Made by a program: the position numbers and the translations under genes. A stretch of 62,505 nt of DNA, counting the filler, from Choristocarpus tenellus KU-1152 (Eukaryota > Protista > Phaeophyceae), in NCBI GenBank assembly GCA_964200185.2. It is 10 parts of 10 records of this genome, joined end to end, with 100 filler letters (N's around TTAATTAATTAA, not from the genome) between each part and the next. Parts side by side here need not be neighbours in the genome. Positions count along the whole stretch, not along the records: positions 5,968 to 14,015 come from CAXNAD020005227.1; positions 14,116 to 19,384 come from CAXNAD020011304.1; positions 19,485 to 27,940 come from CAXNAD020004689.1; 7 more parts are not named here. The stretch is one strand, 5' to 3'. This document shows, one piece after another, positions 13,316 through 26,007 of this stretch (its first letter is position 1; each line of letters opens with the position of its first letter). The notes beneath the pieces are model-generated. The model ran no database searches and was not told the origin of the DNA. It was given only the letters and a program-made list of their open reading frames with translations.

Positions 13316-13901
13316 TGTAATATATATATATAGTCAAGACGTTTTCTTTGTTCTTGGTATTGTGAAGGCATCTGCTATCCTGGACCATGGAGAGCATTTC
13401 TTTGGGATTTGTTTTAGTTCAGGTTGTGCACGGTTGGCCGCATTCGCCTTACGACATTGAGACATGACCCTCAAACTTAACCACCAAGCCCCACCCTTTG
13501 TAACCGCCATGAAAAGACAAACTGCTAAAAAGGGCAATACCTCCGCCGAACAGGGCATCTATCTACTGACAGCAGTTCTGCCATCCCATTCCAAACCCAC
13601 AGCACCAAATGTTAAAAACCAAACCTGCCCTGCCCTCGCCGCTGGTCCCAGATTTGACAAGGACGTTGGCATTGTACTTGAGGAACTACTGAGGGTGAAC
13701 GTTTTCCTCGAGAAGATTGCGGTGTCCCCTGAGGAGATCAGCATCGACAGTCGCAGACACATAGACGAACTGCTTGCTCACCGCCAAAAGTTTATAGAGG
13801 CTAACGAAATGCCCCAGACACTGATGGGGATGGGAGGGGGTGGAGCTGCAGTCGTTGGTAGCAGCAATGCTGTGGCATCCAGTAGCCCTACCGGTAGCTA
13901 G
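7188..13901 (+). CDS. RNI-like (NLRC3/LRRC74-type) leucine-rich repeat protein. Exons 7188-7264, 8016-8124, 8592-8741, 10242-10552, 11162-11720, 12313-13157, 13652-13901; 766 aa; 5' end unresolved
   Basis: All junctions are GT-AG and phase-compatible (2301 nt total, ending TAG). Many ~28-aa repeats such as LRYLDLSNNEL, LTALDLSGNSL, LRHLDISDNNL and LTQLNLEDNRL with A.AL..N..L helices. Confidence 0.9.
9215..9249. repeat. Inverted telomere-like repeat (TTAGGG)3-TGTCA-(CCCTAA)2 in an LRR-gene intron
   Basis: Perfect 14-bp arms (9221-9234 and 9236-9249) with a 1-nt spacer. Confidence 0.85.
9427..9504 (-). pseudogene. Degenerate tRNA-like / SINE-head sequence (Glu-CTC-like loop)
   Basis: Minus strand has an anticodon-like arm tcata-CTCTCGA-catga, a B-box GGTTCGAACCC, then CCA and a T6 run. 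Acceptor stem and D-arm pair poorly. Confidence 0.4.
13264..13312 (+). repeat. (GA)n microsatellite
   Basis: Directly visible. Confidence 0.95.
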
Positions 13902-14015
13902 GATGGCAGCCAGTAAGATGATGGACGGGGGGAACTAAGATTGGTTGCTAGTGCTGTGGTCGCAATGAAGGTCCGGGGCCTTGGGGTGGCATCCCCCACC
14001 AGCCGTTGCAGCGAA

Positions 14016-14115
14016 NNNNNNNNNNNNNNNNNNNNNNNNNNNNNNNNNNNNNNNNNNNNTTAATTAATTAANNNNNNNNNNNNNNNNNNNNNNNNNNNNN
14101 NNNNNNNNNNNNNNN
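14016..14115. other. Artificial contig linker
   Basis: N44-TTAATTAATTAA-N44. Confidence 0.98.
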
Positions 14116-14297
14116 GGGTGCCTGTAACAATTGCGCCCAGTCCATAACCTTCATGCAAAGACAAGTGCCTAGAGGAGTATGCTACATGATTTACCCCTTG
14201 CTGCACAATATACACGATTAAATATTTGAGAACTGCCCACAAGCATGCCGAAATAATGCTGAAGTGAGATTGAGTAGCCATTCACAAGCTCTATGAT

Positions 14298-14610
14298 GAC
14301 AGCTTTGCTCGAGGAAAGGTCTGCCTTACCATGGTGCTATATACATGCTATAACTAGTATTGATGTCTGTCTGTAGTAGTACCAAGTATGAATTACCTGT
14401 TTTGTTGTGTTGATACCTCTCAACACTAGGCTTTGAGAACTACCGACAAGGATGCCACAATACTGAAGTGGGATCGAGTTGCTATTCACAACAACCTCAA
14501 CGAGGACAGCTTGCTCAAGGAAAGGGCTGCCTTACTATGGCTTTTGCGCCAGTTAAAATAGGTACAAGTATGAACCACCTGTTTTGTTGTGTCAATAGCT
14601 CTCAGCACTT
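14298..14610 (+). repeat. Diverged local direct duplication (~14298-14427 vs ~14506-14610)
   Basis: Shared blocks gacagct(t)tgctc.aggaaagg.ctgcctta and caagtatgaa..acctgttttgttgtgt..ata.ctctca.cact. Confidence 0.7.
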
Positions 14611-15557
14611 ACATGTGTATTTCCTCCTGTCTTCTGTTGGTTGCAGGATAATGTGCTCCACATTATCCTTCGCCTTGTCGGTGCTCTACTATCATAACTT
14701 GCACACACTTACAACGGAGCCATGACTTATCAGATTGTTGTGTGGAATTGTTGGTCGTAGAAACTGTTGTTCAAGTTCTTAATAAGATTCTCCAACAAAC
14801 TCATTTTTTCTTTTTTCAAGTAAACCAGTACACGCCGCAAACTTCAAAATAAACATATCCACCCCAATGCCCATTTACATCTGAATCTTAGAGGGGGGGT
14901 ACCATCGAGTATAAGGGACCTATGTGACTGACTTCTGGTAAATGTGCTCCATACATTTTCAAGGGTAATTTTGAACTTGCATGGACGAAATTTCGTTTCA
15001 TCGCCTCAAGTCACGGCCTCCTGGTGGTGGTTAGCTGCCTTTCGGGCATGGGAATGGGAGTGTCAGGCAGGAGATTTTTAGAAACCCTTTACACTTGAAA
15101 GGGTATAAATGGACCCTCTCTAGGTTCCTGTGGTTCACCCTTTCTGCTAAGACAGGCACAATAACACAGCAGAGACCGAAAGCAAAAAAAAAAAAGAGCT
15201 CTCATTCACCACGGATAGCAAGAAGACTATTCTCGTCCGTCCACCCGTCCGTCCGTCGGTCTGTTTGTCCGTCTGTCCATGGTCCACTAAAACACATCTT
15301 CTAATGTTCACGTTTCCTCCTTGTCGTACACATGCTGTGCTGATGAACAAGTCATTCCCACGACAAGTGTCAAGTTCTATCTTTCAGATTCATCATCAGA
15401 GAGCACCGGCCTAGCTAGTGCATGTTCCCAATCACTACACTTCATCCGTTGAAGTATGACAGACAACATTCTTCCAGAACAGTGCCGCATTGAAGTGTTG
15501 TCGTCACTTGTGAAGCACCTCTTCTTGTCTCGTATTTATGCACCTCTTGTCTCATAT

Positions 15558-18500
15558 TTATGCACTCGAGACAGACATTTCCCCAGCATACCAATTGAGA
15601 TGGGCACGAAGCTGAAGTTCAGCATGATGATGAGGGTATATACAGCAGCACATGCATGGTACAGCAATTGTGTGAAGGAGACACTCTCAGAAAAGAATTA
15701 TAAATAGTTCGGATGGCAAGGGGTGACAGGAAGGTCTAGATAGTCTTCAGAGGTTAAGGTGGGTGCAGCTGGTGTAGGAAAAATTGGGTCTAGAGTACAT
15801 GTAGAAACAACTCCATTATAGTATGCGTTCTAAGTTTGGAAAAACGTCTCCAGGTGAACTCCAGAATGTCAATCGTTATTATGAGTACGCCCGATAAATT
15901 TGGGCACAAAACGTCACAAATCGGTCAGCAAATTGTGGCAAAAAAACACTAAAAAAACGGTCAAACTAACAAAACCAACTCAAGTTGTTGGCTACAAATT
16001 AGATTGTGTAGATGTAGAAAAGTGGCAAGACAAAACTTTACAATGTCTCTAGATACAACCAGTGCACCGTACTTCAAAACATTTCCTATCAATGAGCATG
16101 CTCCAAGTTCGTGCTTAATCTCTTCCACTTTGTCCTCTTTTGATGAGTTGTGGACGAGTTGTGGTGGAGTAGGCAGGAAACAAACATACACAGTAGTGTG
16201 CTGGCCCTCCCTCAATTCAAACTCCCTTTGCAACATCCCCAGCATGCTAAAAAAAAAAGGGGAAGCAATGAAAGTTTTCATCCACGAATTGCCTCCCAGC
16301 CCGTGCTCTTTGAACGAAAGCTACTTTAAATAAACAATCAAGGAACATCATTAACACAAACAAAGAACAAAAAAGACGTGACCTGAACCTATGCCTGCCA
16401 CTTCAACAAAATAGGCCGCCACTGACTATTCGATACACTGCACACTGAAGCCATACATACCCATCCCCCCTCATGCAAATAGCTCAATTCTTCTATTTAT
16501 CCTCACCTGCCTAGCAGCTGCAAAGTCCATGTCACGAGGTACGCCTACCCGGTCTCTAAGGTACTCCAAGCACCGTACCACCTTGGGGGATATGAGGACA
16601 TGCACGCCAATAATCGAGAAACATGAGACGTCCAAAACAAAGATTAGGGTGGGGGTTGACTAGGAGATGGAGGTAGTGGAATCCCCAGTCACTGACAAAA
16701 GAGGTACCCGCACCTGGTCTTCAGGGGGTCGTTGAATAAGTAGTAACCTAAACCCGTGGCGGCTTTAGAGGAATCAGAACAGGGCATGCAATCCTTCAAC
16801 AGTACATGACTTGTGCAACACAAATATCATGCCAACTGAGCGAAAGTATCTTAGAGGGTACAAGTTTTGCCCTCTTTGTCCATTTGGAGCTTGGCTTTCA
16901 ACGGTTTTCAATGATATTTTACCTACTCCAAAATGTTTTGGAGTAGGTAAAAAGGATCCAATATGAAAAGGTGTGTCCGGAACAAGTATACTGACACTTC
17001 CTAGTAAAAACACGATAGTCAAAATTACATTAAAAAAAATTGCAACATTAGATTTTGGCCCCCAAATGGACACGGCTCTACCCTAACCCTAAGATACTTT
17101 GGCTCGATACTAGAATCGATCCTGTGACTTAGGGTGTTGATAGACCAGAAGATTCAGTGTGGGACACGGTAACAACTTGAGCTTCTGAACTGCAACAACA
17201 GGTAAAATCTTGCCTGCAACTGAATAATACTGCTCTGTGGTGCAGCAGGGTCACAGACATGAAATTAATGTCCCATCATTCAGAGTTAAACAGCATAGAT
17301 AAAACACAGTGTCGGTAAAATAAAGGGATAACGGACTAAGGATTGCAATACATGACAGCACCACAAAAGAGGATTGAGTCCATATCACTCAAAGAATGGA
17401 TGCATATTTTAGACTTCAGACACCGATAGCGGTACTCATCCACTCCTACTCAATAATATATTGGGGACTATGGACTGCCCCAATCCTGCCCCTTGAAGGA
17501 GGTCACACCGACCGACCAATGAGAGCAAGCCATTCTTGTACATCTCAAAAAAAAAAAGTAGGGGTCGGTTTTGATGCATCAGCAATATAGACCACTGGCA
17601 TACAACATAGTACTGAAAGTAAAAACATATATATTTATGTACTAACGATGGTGCGTTCTCAAGACATTTTAATAGCCCATTCAGTAAGCACGACCAAGAT
17701 CCGGACCATGATCACAGGTTGGTCTGCATGACCCAAACACATTGAAAACATTGACATCCATGAACCAGCCCCAGTATAACATAGTGGTACATACTGGTCC
17801 AACCTGCAGCTCTGTCACATTGAAATAATTGATGACCATTGGACAAAAAAAGCACATTTTGCTTGTCCAGCCTGGTCCAATGAGCTAGGCTGGCCTTGTG
17901 AAACATGTCCCAGTCTATTCCAATACACTGTAGGAAATGCCTGTGTTAACGTATTCAACCTCATCACCCCGTTGTGAGAAGACTGGCTTGTCCTCATACA
18001 GATGCTTAATTGTTAATGTGCCCACAGGTCGGCCCTGGACCAGTCAGCACAATTTCTCATTGCCCTGGTCCAGATATGTCGGAAAATATAAGAAACCGTC
18101 CAACCTGTATACTGGACAGGTTCCAATACATTGCGTGGACCTGGCCTGAAAATGATAGAAAATATTGGAACCGTTCCAACCCACAGACTGGTCACATTCT
18201 CATTTGACTGACCTGATGAAGATCCCGAAATGCTGGTTGTTCCATACCTCTGCACACTGATTTCCTTTAATTAGGTGGCAATTATCACTGAAATGAAGCA
18301 ATATCTTCCTACCTACAAATCTACAAAAAAAACAAAAAAAAGAGAACAACCACAAAGCACTGATTTTCAAGACTTAGTACATGTACAACCACCAAAAAGG
18401 CATCCCAGAGTCTCACGTTCTCATGCAACAACCAACCCACAATGCTACAGATGCAGTCGGGTAAACCCTCCTTTGTCAGTTGATGTAACGTGTGCCCACC

Positions 18501-18578
18501 TGATCGGAAGGCGAGTTCTTAGAGAGGCCTGCTTCTTTAGCTTCCTCTGGACCCTCCAGGAGCGCAAATACAACATGT
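15558..18578 (-). CDS. 3' exons (18578-18500, 16581-16507, 15611-15558) of a glutathione transferase, Iota-class/cyanobacterial-type C-terminal extension
   Basis: Phase-compatible GT-AG exons give HVVFALLEGPEEAKEAGLSKNSPSDQ|VVRCLEYLRDRVGVPRDMDFAAARQ|LRAHLNWYAGEMSVSSA*. YLRDR.GVPRDM...AARQLRAHL is the C-terminal signature I recognise from algal/cyanobacterial Iota-type GSTs. Confidence 0.8.
16838..17105. mobile_element. MITE family A, copy 1 (in GST intron)
   Basis: TIRs GAGCGAAAGTATCTTAG...CTAAGATACTTTGGCTC; internal palindrome TACCTACTCCAAAA-TG-TTTTGGAGTAGGTA; homologous to four other copies. Confidence 0.9.
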
Positions 18579-18836
18579 CTGGCGAATGGCAATAACAATG
18601 GCGATAACAGTAACAGTTTTGTTGGGCAAGTAAGAAGGAGAGAGAGTGCACATTTTCTTCTAATAATATATGTATGTATGTATGTATGTATGTATTATGT
18701 GTGTATATATGTATGTATGAATATATGTATTATGTACGTATGTATCAAGCAGGGTCTTTTTTTTTTTAAGAAAAAGTTTTTACATCAGTTTTGAGTGGTA
18801 ATTGAACGGGTGTAGGAAGAGGATTGGTTCCTGAAG

Positions 18837-19029
18837 CTGTCGAAGTACTACTGTTCAAGTACACCTGTTGAAATACTACTGTTGAAATACTACTGTTGAA
18901 ATACTACTGTTCAAGTACAACTGTTGAAGTACTACTGTTGAAGTACTACTGATCAAGTACTACTGTTGAAATACTACTGTTGAAGTACTACTGATCAAAT
19001 ACTACTGTTGAAGTACTACTGTTGAAGTA
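18837..19029 (+). repeat. Minisatellite, 14-bp unit GAA(A/G)TACTACTGTT x~13
   Basis: Directly visible tandem array with no spacers. Confidence 0.92.
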
Positions 19030-19261
19030 ATCCCTCTGTACCGAGTTCCCAATGATGCACAAAGTACATGAAGTATTCCCCATCTAGACATATTCACCCC
19101 CTGTTCCTCCCCTCCCCCCTTGTCACACGGATGCTGCCAATACGATGATACCCACCCACCCTCCCAAAAACAAAAAAGACAAAAAAAACTTCACCCCACA
19201 GAATAAGAAAACAGCAGCAAGTACATGCCACCTCATAATCAAACTCCACTTGCAAATTGTA

Positions 19262-19384
19262 GGGTCAAAGTATCTGGGGGAGGGGGGGGGGGGGGGGGGG
19301 GGGGGTTTGGGGGGGGGAAAAAATTGGGGAAAAAAAACCTTTTTTTTTTTGGGTAGGATTTCAAACCCACAAAAACGAACACAA
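19262..19384. mobile_element. MITE family B end, truncated by contig end
   Basis: GGGTCAAAGTATCTGGGGG followed by poly-G. Confidence 0.7.
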
Positions 19385-19484
19385 NNNNNNNNNNNNNNNN
19401 NNNNNNNNNNNNNNNNNNNNNNNNNNNNTTAATTAATTAANNNNNNNNNNNNNNNNNNNNNNNNNNNNNNNNNNNNNNNNNNNN
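19385..19484. other. Artificial contig linker
   Basis: N44-TTAATTAATTAA-N44. Confidence 0.98.
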
Positions 19485-19541
19485 TGGTTTTGTCCAAATG
19501 GACACTCTGGTGTAGACCCCCCCACCCAGATACTTTGGGTC
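19485..19541. mobile_element. MITE family B end, truncated by contig start
   Basis: gacactctggtgtagaccccc...CAGATACTTTGGGTC matches copies at 27544 and 37361. Confidence 0.8.
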
Positions 19542-20349
19542 TACATTGATTTGAATCCCTCCAGAATGGTTTGCTGTTGTGGACACAAGTTGCACAAATT
19601 GCAGCGTGTTCATTTTGTCAACATACGTTGTTGGAAGATTTGTGCCATACGTACATAACACCCTCAGAAACATGAATGAATAGAAATGATTCGGATCCAC
19701 AAATGGAAGAGTTAACTCCCACGTCTTTGATTTGTAAGGATGTGCACCAATATGTGTAACTCAGATTTATGACTGGAATAGCCGTTTACTTATGGAAAAT
19801 TGATTTATACTCCACGAATCAGGCCTCATTTGATTGGTCTGATGTGTGAACACTAACTACCCTCTTCTTGAATCAAAGGGATGAGAATCTTTGATCCCTC
19901 TGAAAAACATGCTAACATGCCACTGTTACACCTTTAATCTCTGACTTCATATTTTTGTTTACTGTTAAGATAATGCCATCATGCATCGAAGGTGTCCAGA
20001 TCCAAGTCATCCCAGGATGACTATAGTTATAGTAAAAAGAGCAACAAGTAGATTGAGAGAGTAGGGAACAATGTATCAAATAGCAACATCTCCACCAAAT
20101 AGGATGCAAAAACGTTGTTCTCTACCACACTGAGAATATAAGATGCATTTGCCATGCAACTCACCTGACCACGGTCTTCATTTTGTATCATCTTGAAGTG
20201 ACAATCTACACCATGTGTCAGCGACTTCGGAATGCAGACTAGCTCACATACTAGCACAAAATTGGGTCGTATCCATGTCCCCATTAATGAACTTCATACT
20301 ATTTCAACCCAACCAACCTAAATCACTTGCCACCGTCACAAAAAAACAG

Positions 20350-21968
20350 ATCAACACAGAGGGTGAAACCTGTCCCAAATGTCATCGAGTCCTCTCTTCT
20401 GAGACGATACAGGCTGGTTGGGAACCAGACCCTAATGATTACACCACCATGTGTCCAGGGACAGTGATTGCCAAGGGCAGGAAAGATGGGGGGAGTAAAG
20501 GTAGTCCATATAGCAATGTAGATCATGAAAGTGCAGTGGGGGGAGATGGAGTGAAGGGGGGTAGTGCTGGGAATGGGGACCAGGATTTATCAGAGCCTGC
20601 AGTGTCGACCTCTGGGAGACCAGTGTCCAGCTCTGTGGCAGGGATGTGGCACCTTAGAGTAGGGAATGGTAAGGACAGCGGGGAGAACAGGAGAGAGAGG
20701 ACACCTTGCCGGAGGCGTTTTGTTGCGAGGTTTTCTGTTGCCTGCTCCGACCCAAACTGGGAAGGCTCGACAGGGAAGGTGAGAGTGGGGGGTCAAGGCG
20801 TATGAGGGAAGTGGAATTGATGGGTTCGTATGCATTGAATTGGTCTGATCCAAGTGTTTAGGACCATTCAGCAGTGGTCATAAATTCGTCATATTCTGCT
20901 GCTGCTACATTCTCGGGCATAGGGACCATCATGAGCACACTGGATTTCACCGCAATCCTCTTCAATAAATAGTCTGTAGTCTGTAGTGCCAGAGCAAAGG
21001 AGGAGGAGAGTTAGAGGGCTGTGGGTTTGATGCTAGCTGAAGCGCAGCAACCCACTGTAGGGTGAGGTTGAAATGCATGATCATTTTGAGGATGTTTTAT
21101 CTGTTTAGGATAAATTTTAGTGTTCTCGTCAGAGGCATTGGCCCTGATGTATTTCTGGGAATCATATTTGATCCTACATACTCCAGAGTGGTATGCTAGA
21201 TATGTGTACTTTCAGGAATACGAAGTAGTATTTAATGCCCATGTTGTAACATCTAGCATAGGGAAGAGGTGCGTATCCAACAGAGCCTAGCCTTCAGCTC
21301 TAACTAGATGCAGCAACCTATCCCACACACTACCCAGCACCTGCCTGTGCCCCATCACCAACCTCAGCCTTGCGCCATCCTTTTCCACTGTGCTACCCTA
21401 GGACACATCTTGCTTTCACACACAAAAATTCTCGGCCCAAAAACCTTCTTCTGCATCAGCACAATATTTCCTCCATCCCATTATATCAACTCTCTCTCTC
21501 TCTCTCTCTCTGCCCTCTACTTTCATGCCAACTGATGCAGCAATGACTCCCTAACCCATCTCATTGTCATAAGGGAAACCTAACCCGAACTCTGCCCCTA
21601 ACCCTAATACTGCTATTCCATGTTATATGTATATATATATTCCAAGGGAACCCCTCTCTGGTGTGAGTACCTGCCACCGTGGGTACTCCAGAAGGAGGTA
21701 CACACCATACTGGCCTCTTATGGAGTAGAGTTCCTGTGCTCTCCCGTCTTTCGGCAGCGAAACTCAACTGGGGCAGCAGCAACACCTGCAACAGGAACTG
21801 CACCACCTGATGTTAGGGGGATTAGGTTAGGACGGGGAACAGACGGTAGTCCAAGCTCAAACCGCGACCCTCGGAGCGATGCCAACCCAACAATCTTCTG
21901 GAACCTAATTGTGCATTTTAGGCGGCACTCTCTGCCGTTTGCCTTCTTGTTGGCAGGGCCTAGCTCTG
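20350..21968 (+). CDS. C-terminal exons (20350-20778, 21647-21968) of a DENND4-like (DENN-domain Rab GEF) protein
   Basis: CPKCHRVL...IQAGWEPDPNDYTTMCP...|GTPLWCEYLPPWVLQKEV...NPTIFWNLIVHFRRHSLP matches the DENND4 C-terminal pattern (AGW..D....T.CP; YL.P.VL.KE; P.IFWNL..F.R..LP). Phase-0 GT-AG junction. Terminal exon uncertain. Confidence 0.75.
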
Positions 21969-24349
21969 GTGAGTGAGGTACTCGAGATGAAAGGGTTCAA
22001 TGTGTATGTATATATATAGTCTGGTCGTCCACTTGTTGTAATTCGGGTGTTGTGACTGTGTGTATGTGTGTATGTGTTTTGTCATCTCCTGAAGTTGAAC
22101 CTGAGAACGGAACGAGTTTTGTTTTTCGTTTTTATTATTCCCAGCTGCATGATGTGTGCACACTGAAGTCCAGTGGTTCATGAACTACACGAGTGAATAG
22201 AAGGGGTTACTAATATTCTTATTTTAATTGAGACAAAGAAATTGACGTGAGGAAGTCCAGCATCTATGCTCTGAGTCGCATCACCAACTTGTATCAATTT
22301 TCCTCGACTTAGCATTGTGGATACTAGATGAACCTCACAAGCGGCCAAATTTGAGTCTGCACACTCTTTCATGGGTAGCTTCTCAAATCAGCGAGTGTTC
22401 TCATGTGTCCTCTCTATCACCAGGCCAGTGGTGTATGCACCTGTAAATATTCTGCCACTAGAGGTATTCAGTAGCATAGAGACTCTATCTTCAGCCTTAC
22501 AATGAGACAAAGTAAAGCCAGTTTTTTTTATATTTTTCAATTCACCAATAATTCTATGGATGAAGTTCTTAGGTGTACTTGAGATAGTTGATTTCTCGAT
22601 ATTGGTTGAGACTTTTCAACAGAATTGCTAACATTTCCTAGAAGAGTTTGTAATAAAAGCCAAATTTGCACACTTTTGCTAGCATCCTTACGATGCAACT
22701 CTGATACCTCTCGTTTACTTTGACTCAGTGCTTGTTTATTGGAGTTGAGGCTTGGGCCCAGCTTTGGACTCAACCAAGTTGAAGAAAAAACATATCAACA
22801 CTTCCTGTGATTAAAGGAAATCGTCAATCATCCTATTTTTACACATCCTACCCCTGCATAAGTTACCATCCGCGTTATCATATGTATGCATGATAACCCC
22901 GCCCATCAATTGAATGCCACAGCTAGGTGATCCGTCAACAGCCACAGTGTTGCTTTGATTGTCACATTACCCCCCATTTTACCGCCCCATCCCTGACTTG
23001 CCCAACTCCCCCTGCTTGCCCCTGACTACAACTGCCCAATGTTGAAATGTGCACAATTTGTGGAAATATTGCTACAAGCTGGACGTGTTCACGCTTTGTT
23101 CCTCTGAGGAATGTGATTTTTCTATGTTTCTGTTGTGAGTATGAGAGACAAAAAAAAAAAAAGTCAGATGCAGAGCACAAATATAGGAGATAGCAGAATG
23201 TTGCGGAGCTCTACCTTCTGGCCGCTTATTTTTGTCCAGGGACTTCAGCTACTGATCTGTTGAGTCTTGGAGATTGTGGGAGATGCGGGTAAGTGCCTGC
23301 GGTTGTGGCACTGCTTGGCACGCATGTCGATACTATACCTGTGTTTGCCAGGGATATACAGTGCATATTGCGTGAGCTTGAGGAAGGAAGGCGAATGGAC
23401 GTGAAATAACATGTCCTTTGTTGTCGTCTTTTGTTCTTTTGTTGGTTGAGGGGGTGGTGCATGGAGTTGTCTCTCTCTCTCTCTCTCCCTCCTGGAACTC
23501 AATACAGTACAGTAGTGCCCCCTTTTATGGTGCCTACAAGGTCATAGAAGTTTGAGTCGCATGCGCTGTTGTGGACTTCACCACTCACCTCTTTGTAGAG
23601 TTTTGGTTTTTGATCGGTTTTCTTCCTAGTATGTCGATTTTGTTTTTATGCAGGTAGATGTACACGGTACAATACCTAACAGTCACCTTGCTACTTCAGT
23701 ACCGTGGTCCCTGTGGCTTAGGACAGATGTCTTTAGATCGGACTTAATTTTTGTATGTGGGCAGCTTGCAGTATGGCTTATATGAAGCAAGGTAGCAATA
23801 ATAGTGCAGTTGAGTTTGTAGTGAGTGTTGGGTGAACTACCAGCACAAATTATTGTGTTCATTATATACCGTTAGTATGACAAACAAAAATCACTACTTC
23901 CATGGACAATGACCGAGATGTCTATCACATCTGCTGTGATATTTTTTAACCCATTAAATAGAACCATACAAGAGGTAGGGTTCACGGATATTGCAACAAG
24001 AAACAGTTTGCTGACATAGTGTGGAAGAGCCGTGTTGGCAAGCATAAAGAGAACTTGGCTTCTCCACAATCTACCTCTAGCTTCCAAACCTGGGGAAGAT
24101 ATTAAAGTTTCTGGAAAGGAAGCAGGTAAACCAATACACCAAAAAGAGATAAGTGTGAAAGGACAGCCTTCTTAGTTGGAAGGCCTCTGGCCTGGCTGCA
24201 CCTGCTGTGGGTGGGTGTGTTCACACAGCATGTTCGTGTCTGACAACAGTTTTGCCCAGTGTACACTACTGGATCTATGCCAAAGAGTTCAGATTTAGGG
24301 ATAGGTCGCACAGTTGTTGCTTAGTGGCTCCTACTAATATTTCTTTCTT

Positions 24350-25731
24350 TTTTATGCTGTGCGAGAACACTTGATGACAAAATACGATTGGTAAGTGGCG
24401 TTTACTTCCGTTGTTACGCCTGCCTACTTCAGATCATTGGAGAACTTCAGAGGCCCAAATTTTACCCCTAGAACAAGACACCCCAATGCAAAGATTCAAC
24501 TGGAACAATTGCAATGGGTAAGAGAATACATTGACCATATCTCAACCTCTCCGAGTATGGGCACCTACCCATTCTTCTGCATACTCCCCAAAGTCCATGA
24601 AAACCCAGTGGTAGGAAGACCTATCGCTGCAGGACATTCTTGGTGGACCACAGGATGGTCTAAGCTGCTAGACTTTTGGTACAGCCATTGGTCCCTAAAG
24701 CACCCACCATCCTAAAACACTCCGCACAACTAGTCAAAGAATTGGAGGATTTTCATATTGATTTTAAAAAATCACATGTCCATCTAACTGCTGATGTCGT
24801 CAGTCCTTACCCTTCACTCGATAACAAACAGGTCATTTTCAGGGTAGTGAATACTATTTCCAGACAGTATAATCTGAAACGGTTCCCTCAAATGTCTTTC
24901 CTGGTACGTCATCCTCCGTTTTGTGCTGCATAACATCAATGAAGAATTTAATGGAACAACGTACAAACAAGTCGAAGGATAAGCAATGGGCAACCCAGCT
25001 CCCCGGATCTAACTAATATGGCTCTAGCAGAATCTGAAACAGAATTCCTCCTAAACAAACCGAAGATCATCTTGTTTAGAAGATACAAAGACGATATTTT
25101 TGCTATGTTCAAGGGTACAGAAGAACAAGCCTGTGGAGCTATTAGAGGTTCATACACCCATCATGATCTCAAAATCACCTCGGTTATCTCCAGAACCTAT
25201 CTAGATTTGGTTATCTACAAAGGCCAATGTTGGCGTTCAAAGTATCGCCTAGACCTTCGGACACATCAAGAAGTACTTAACAAGTACATGTACTTGCCTC
25301 ACAAGTCTAGCCACCCAGTACACTCTAAAAAAGGATTCATCACCAGTGATCTCCTAGTATTTGTACTAAACTCTTCTGATAAGGAAGCCTACCTAGAAGT
25401 TAGACATAAATTTTACGTCAGAATCAGAAACAGAGGTTACCCACGTTGGTCCCTTCTCCACTGCTTTCAGCGAGTTAATTACACACAAGCTGAAAGACTT
25501 CAACCTCCGGCACAAAAAGAAGAACTCCCTCCTACAATTTATGTACCAACCTACCATCTATTGCGGGAAATTCCAAAAATGAAGAGGAAACTGATGAAAC
25601 AGCATTGCTATGTTCCACTGTTTATCAAGAATGAGGAGACTATCGATCTAGATAAAGCCATCAAGCCTCTCATCTCGTTTCGACAAACTGACTCGTTAGG
25701 CAAACAATTAGTGCGGGCTCAATTGCCTTAA
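24350..25731 (+). mobile_element. Penelope-like retroelement RT pseudogene, 5'-truncated and frameshifted
   Basis: Motifs in order: ILPKVHE...GRPIAA, TADVVSPYP, AMG.P, FRRYKDDIF (YxDD), YLDLVI, HQEVLNKYMYLPHKSSHP, RNRGYP; ends SLGKQLVRAQLP*. Confidence 0.88.
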
Positions 25732-26007
25732 TAACTTCACAACTACTACTGGAGTAGTTATCGCACTCAAGCTCTAAAGAGATTGAGCAACACATTGACA
25801 CCAACCATGCCCTTGTGTTTTACTCCCTGCCTTATCAATATCCTAAGGATAGTACATATGGTTGTTGCTTGATAATATACTACCTTTGTGACATAAGTCT
25901 GTGCTGCGTGGTCCATAACTTTTGAAGATGATGAAATTAATTTCTGAAAGAAGATTTGTAATCCTTGACGAAATTCTGGTTAGGGTCGGCTCGTTTTATT
26001 ATTATTA

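Noticed and set aside
7188-13901. ROCO-type shuffling LRR exon array as known from brown algae
   Set aside because: Exons are unequal, multi-repeat and mixed-phase, not uniform one-repeat modules; no ROC/COR domain seen
18212-18235. Hammerhead ribozyme cores (CTGATGA...GAAA here; similar at 12295 and 15383-15400)
   Set aside because: No pairable stem II/III or cleavage triplet geometry; none lies at the PLE ends
18837-19029. CRISPR-like array
   Set aside because: Contiguous 14-bp units with no unique spacers, in a eukaryotic context with no cas genes
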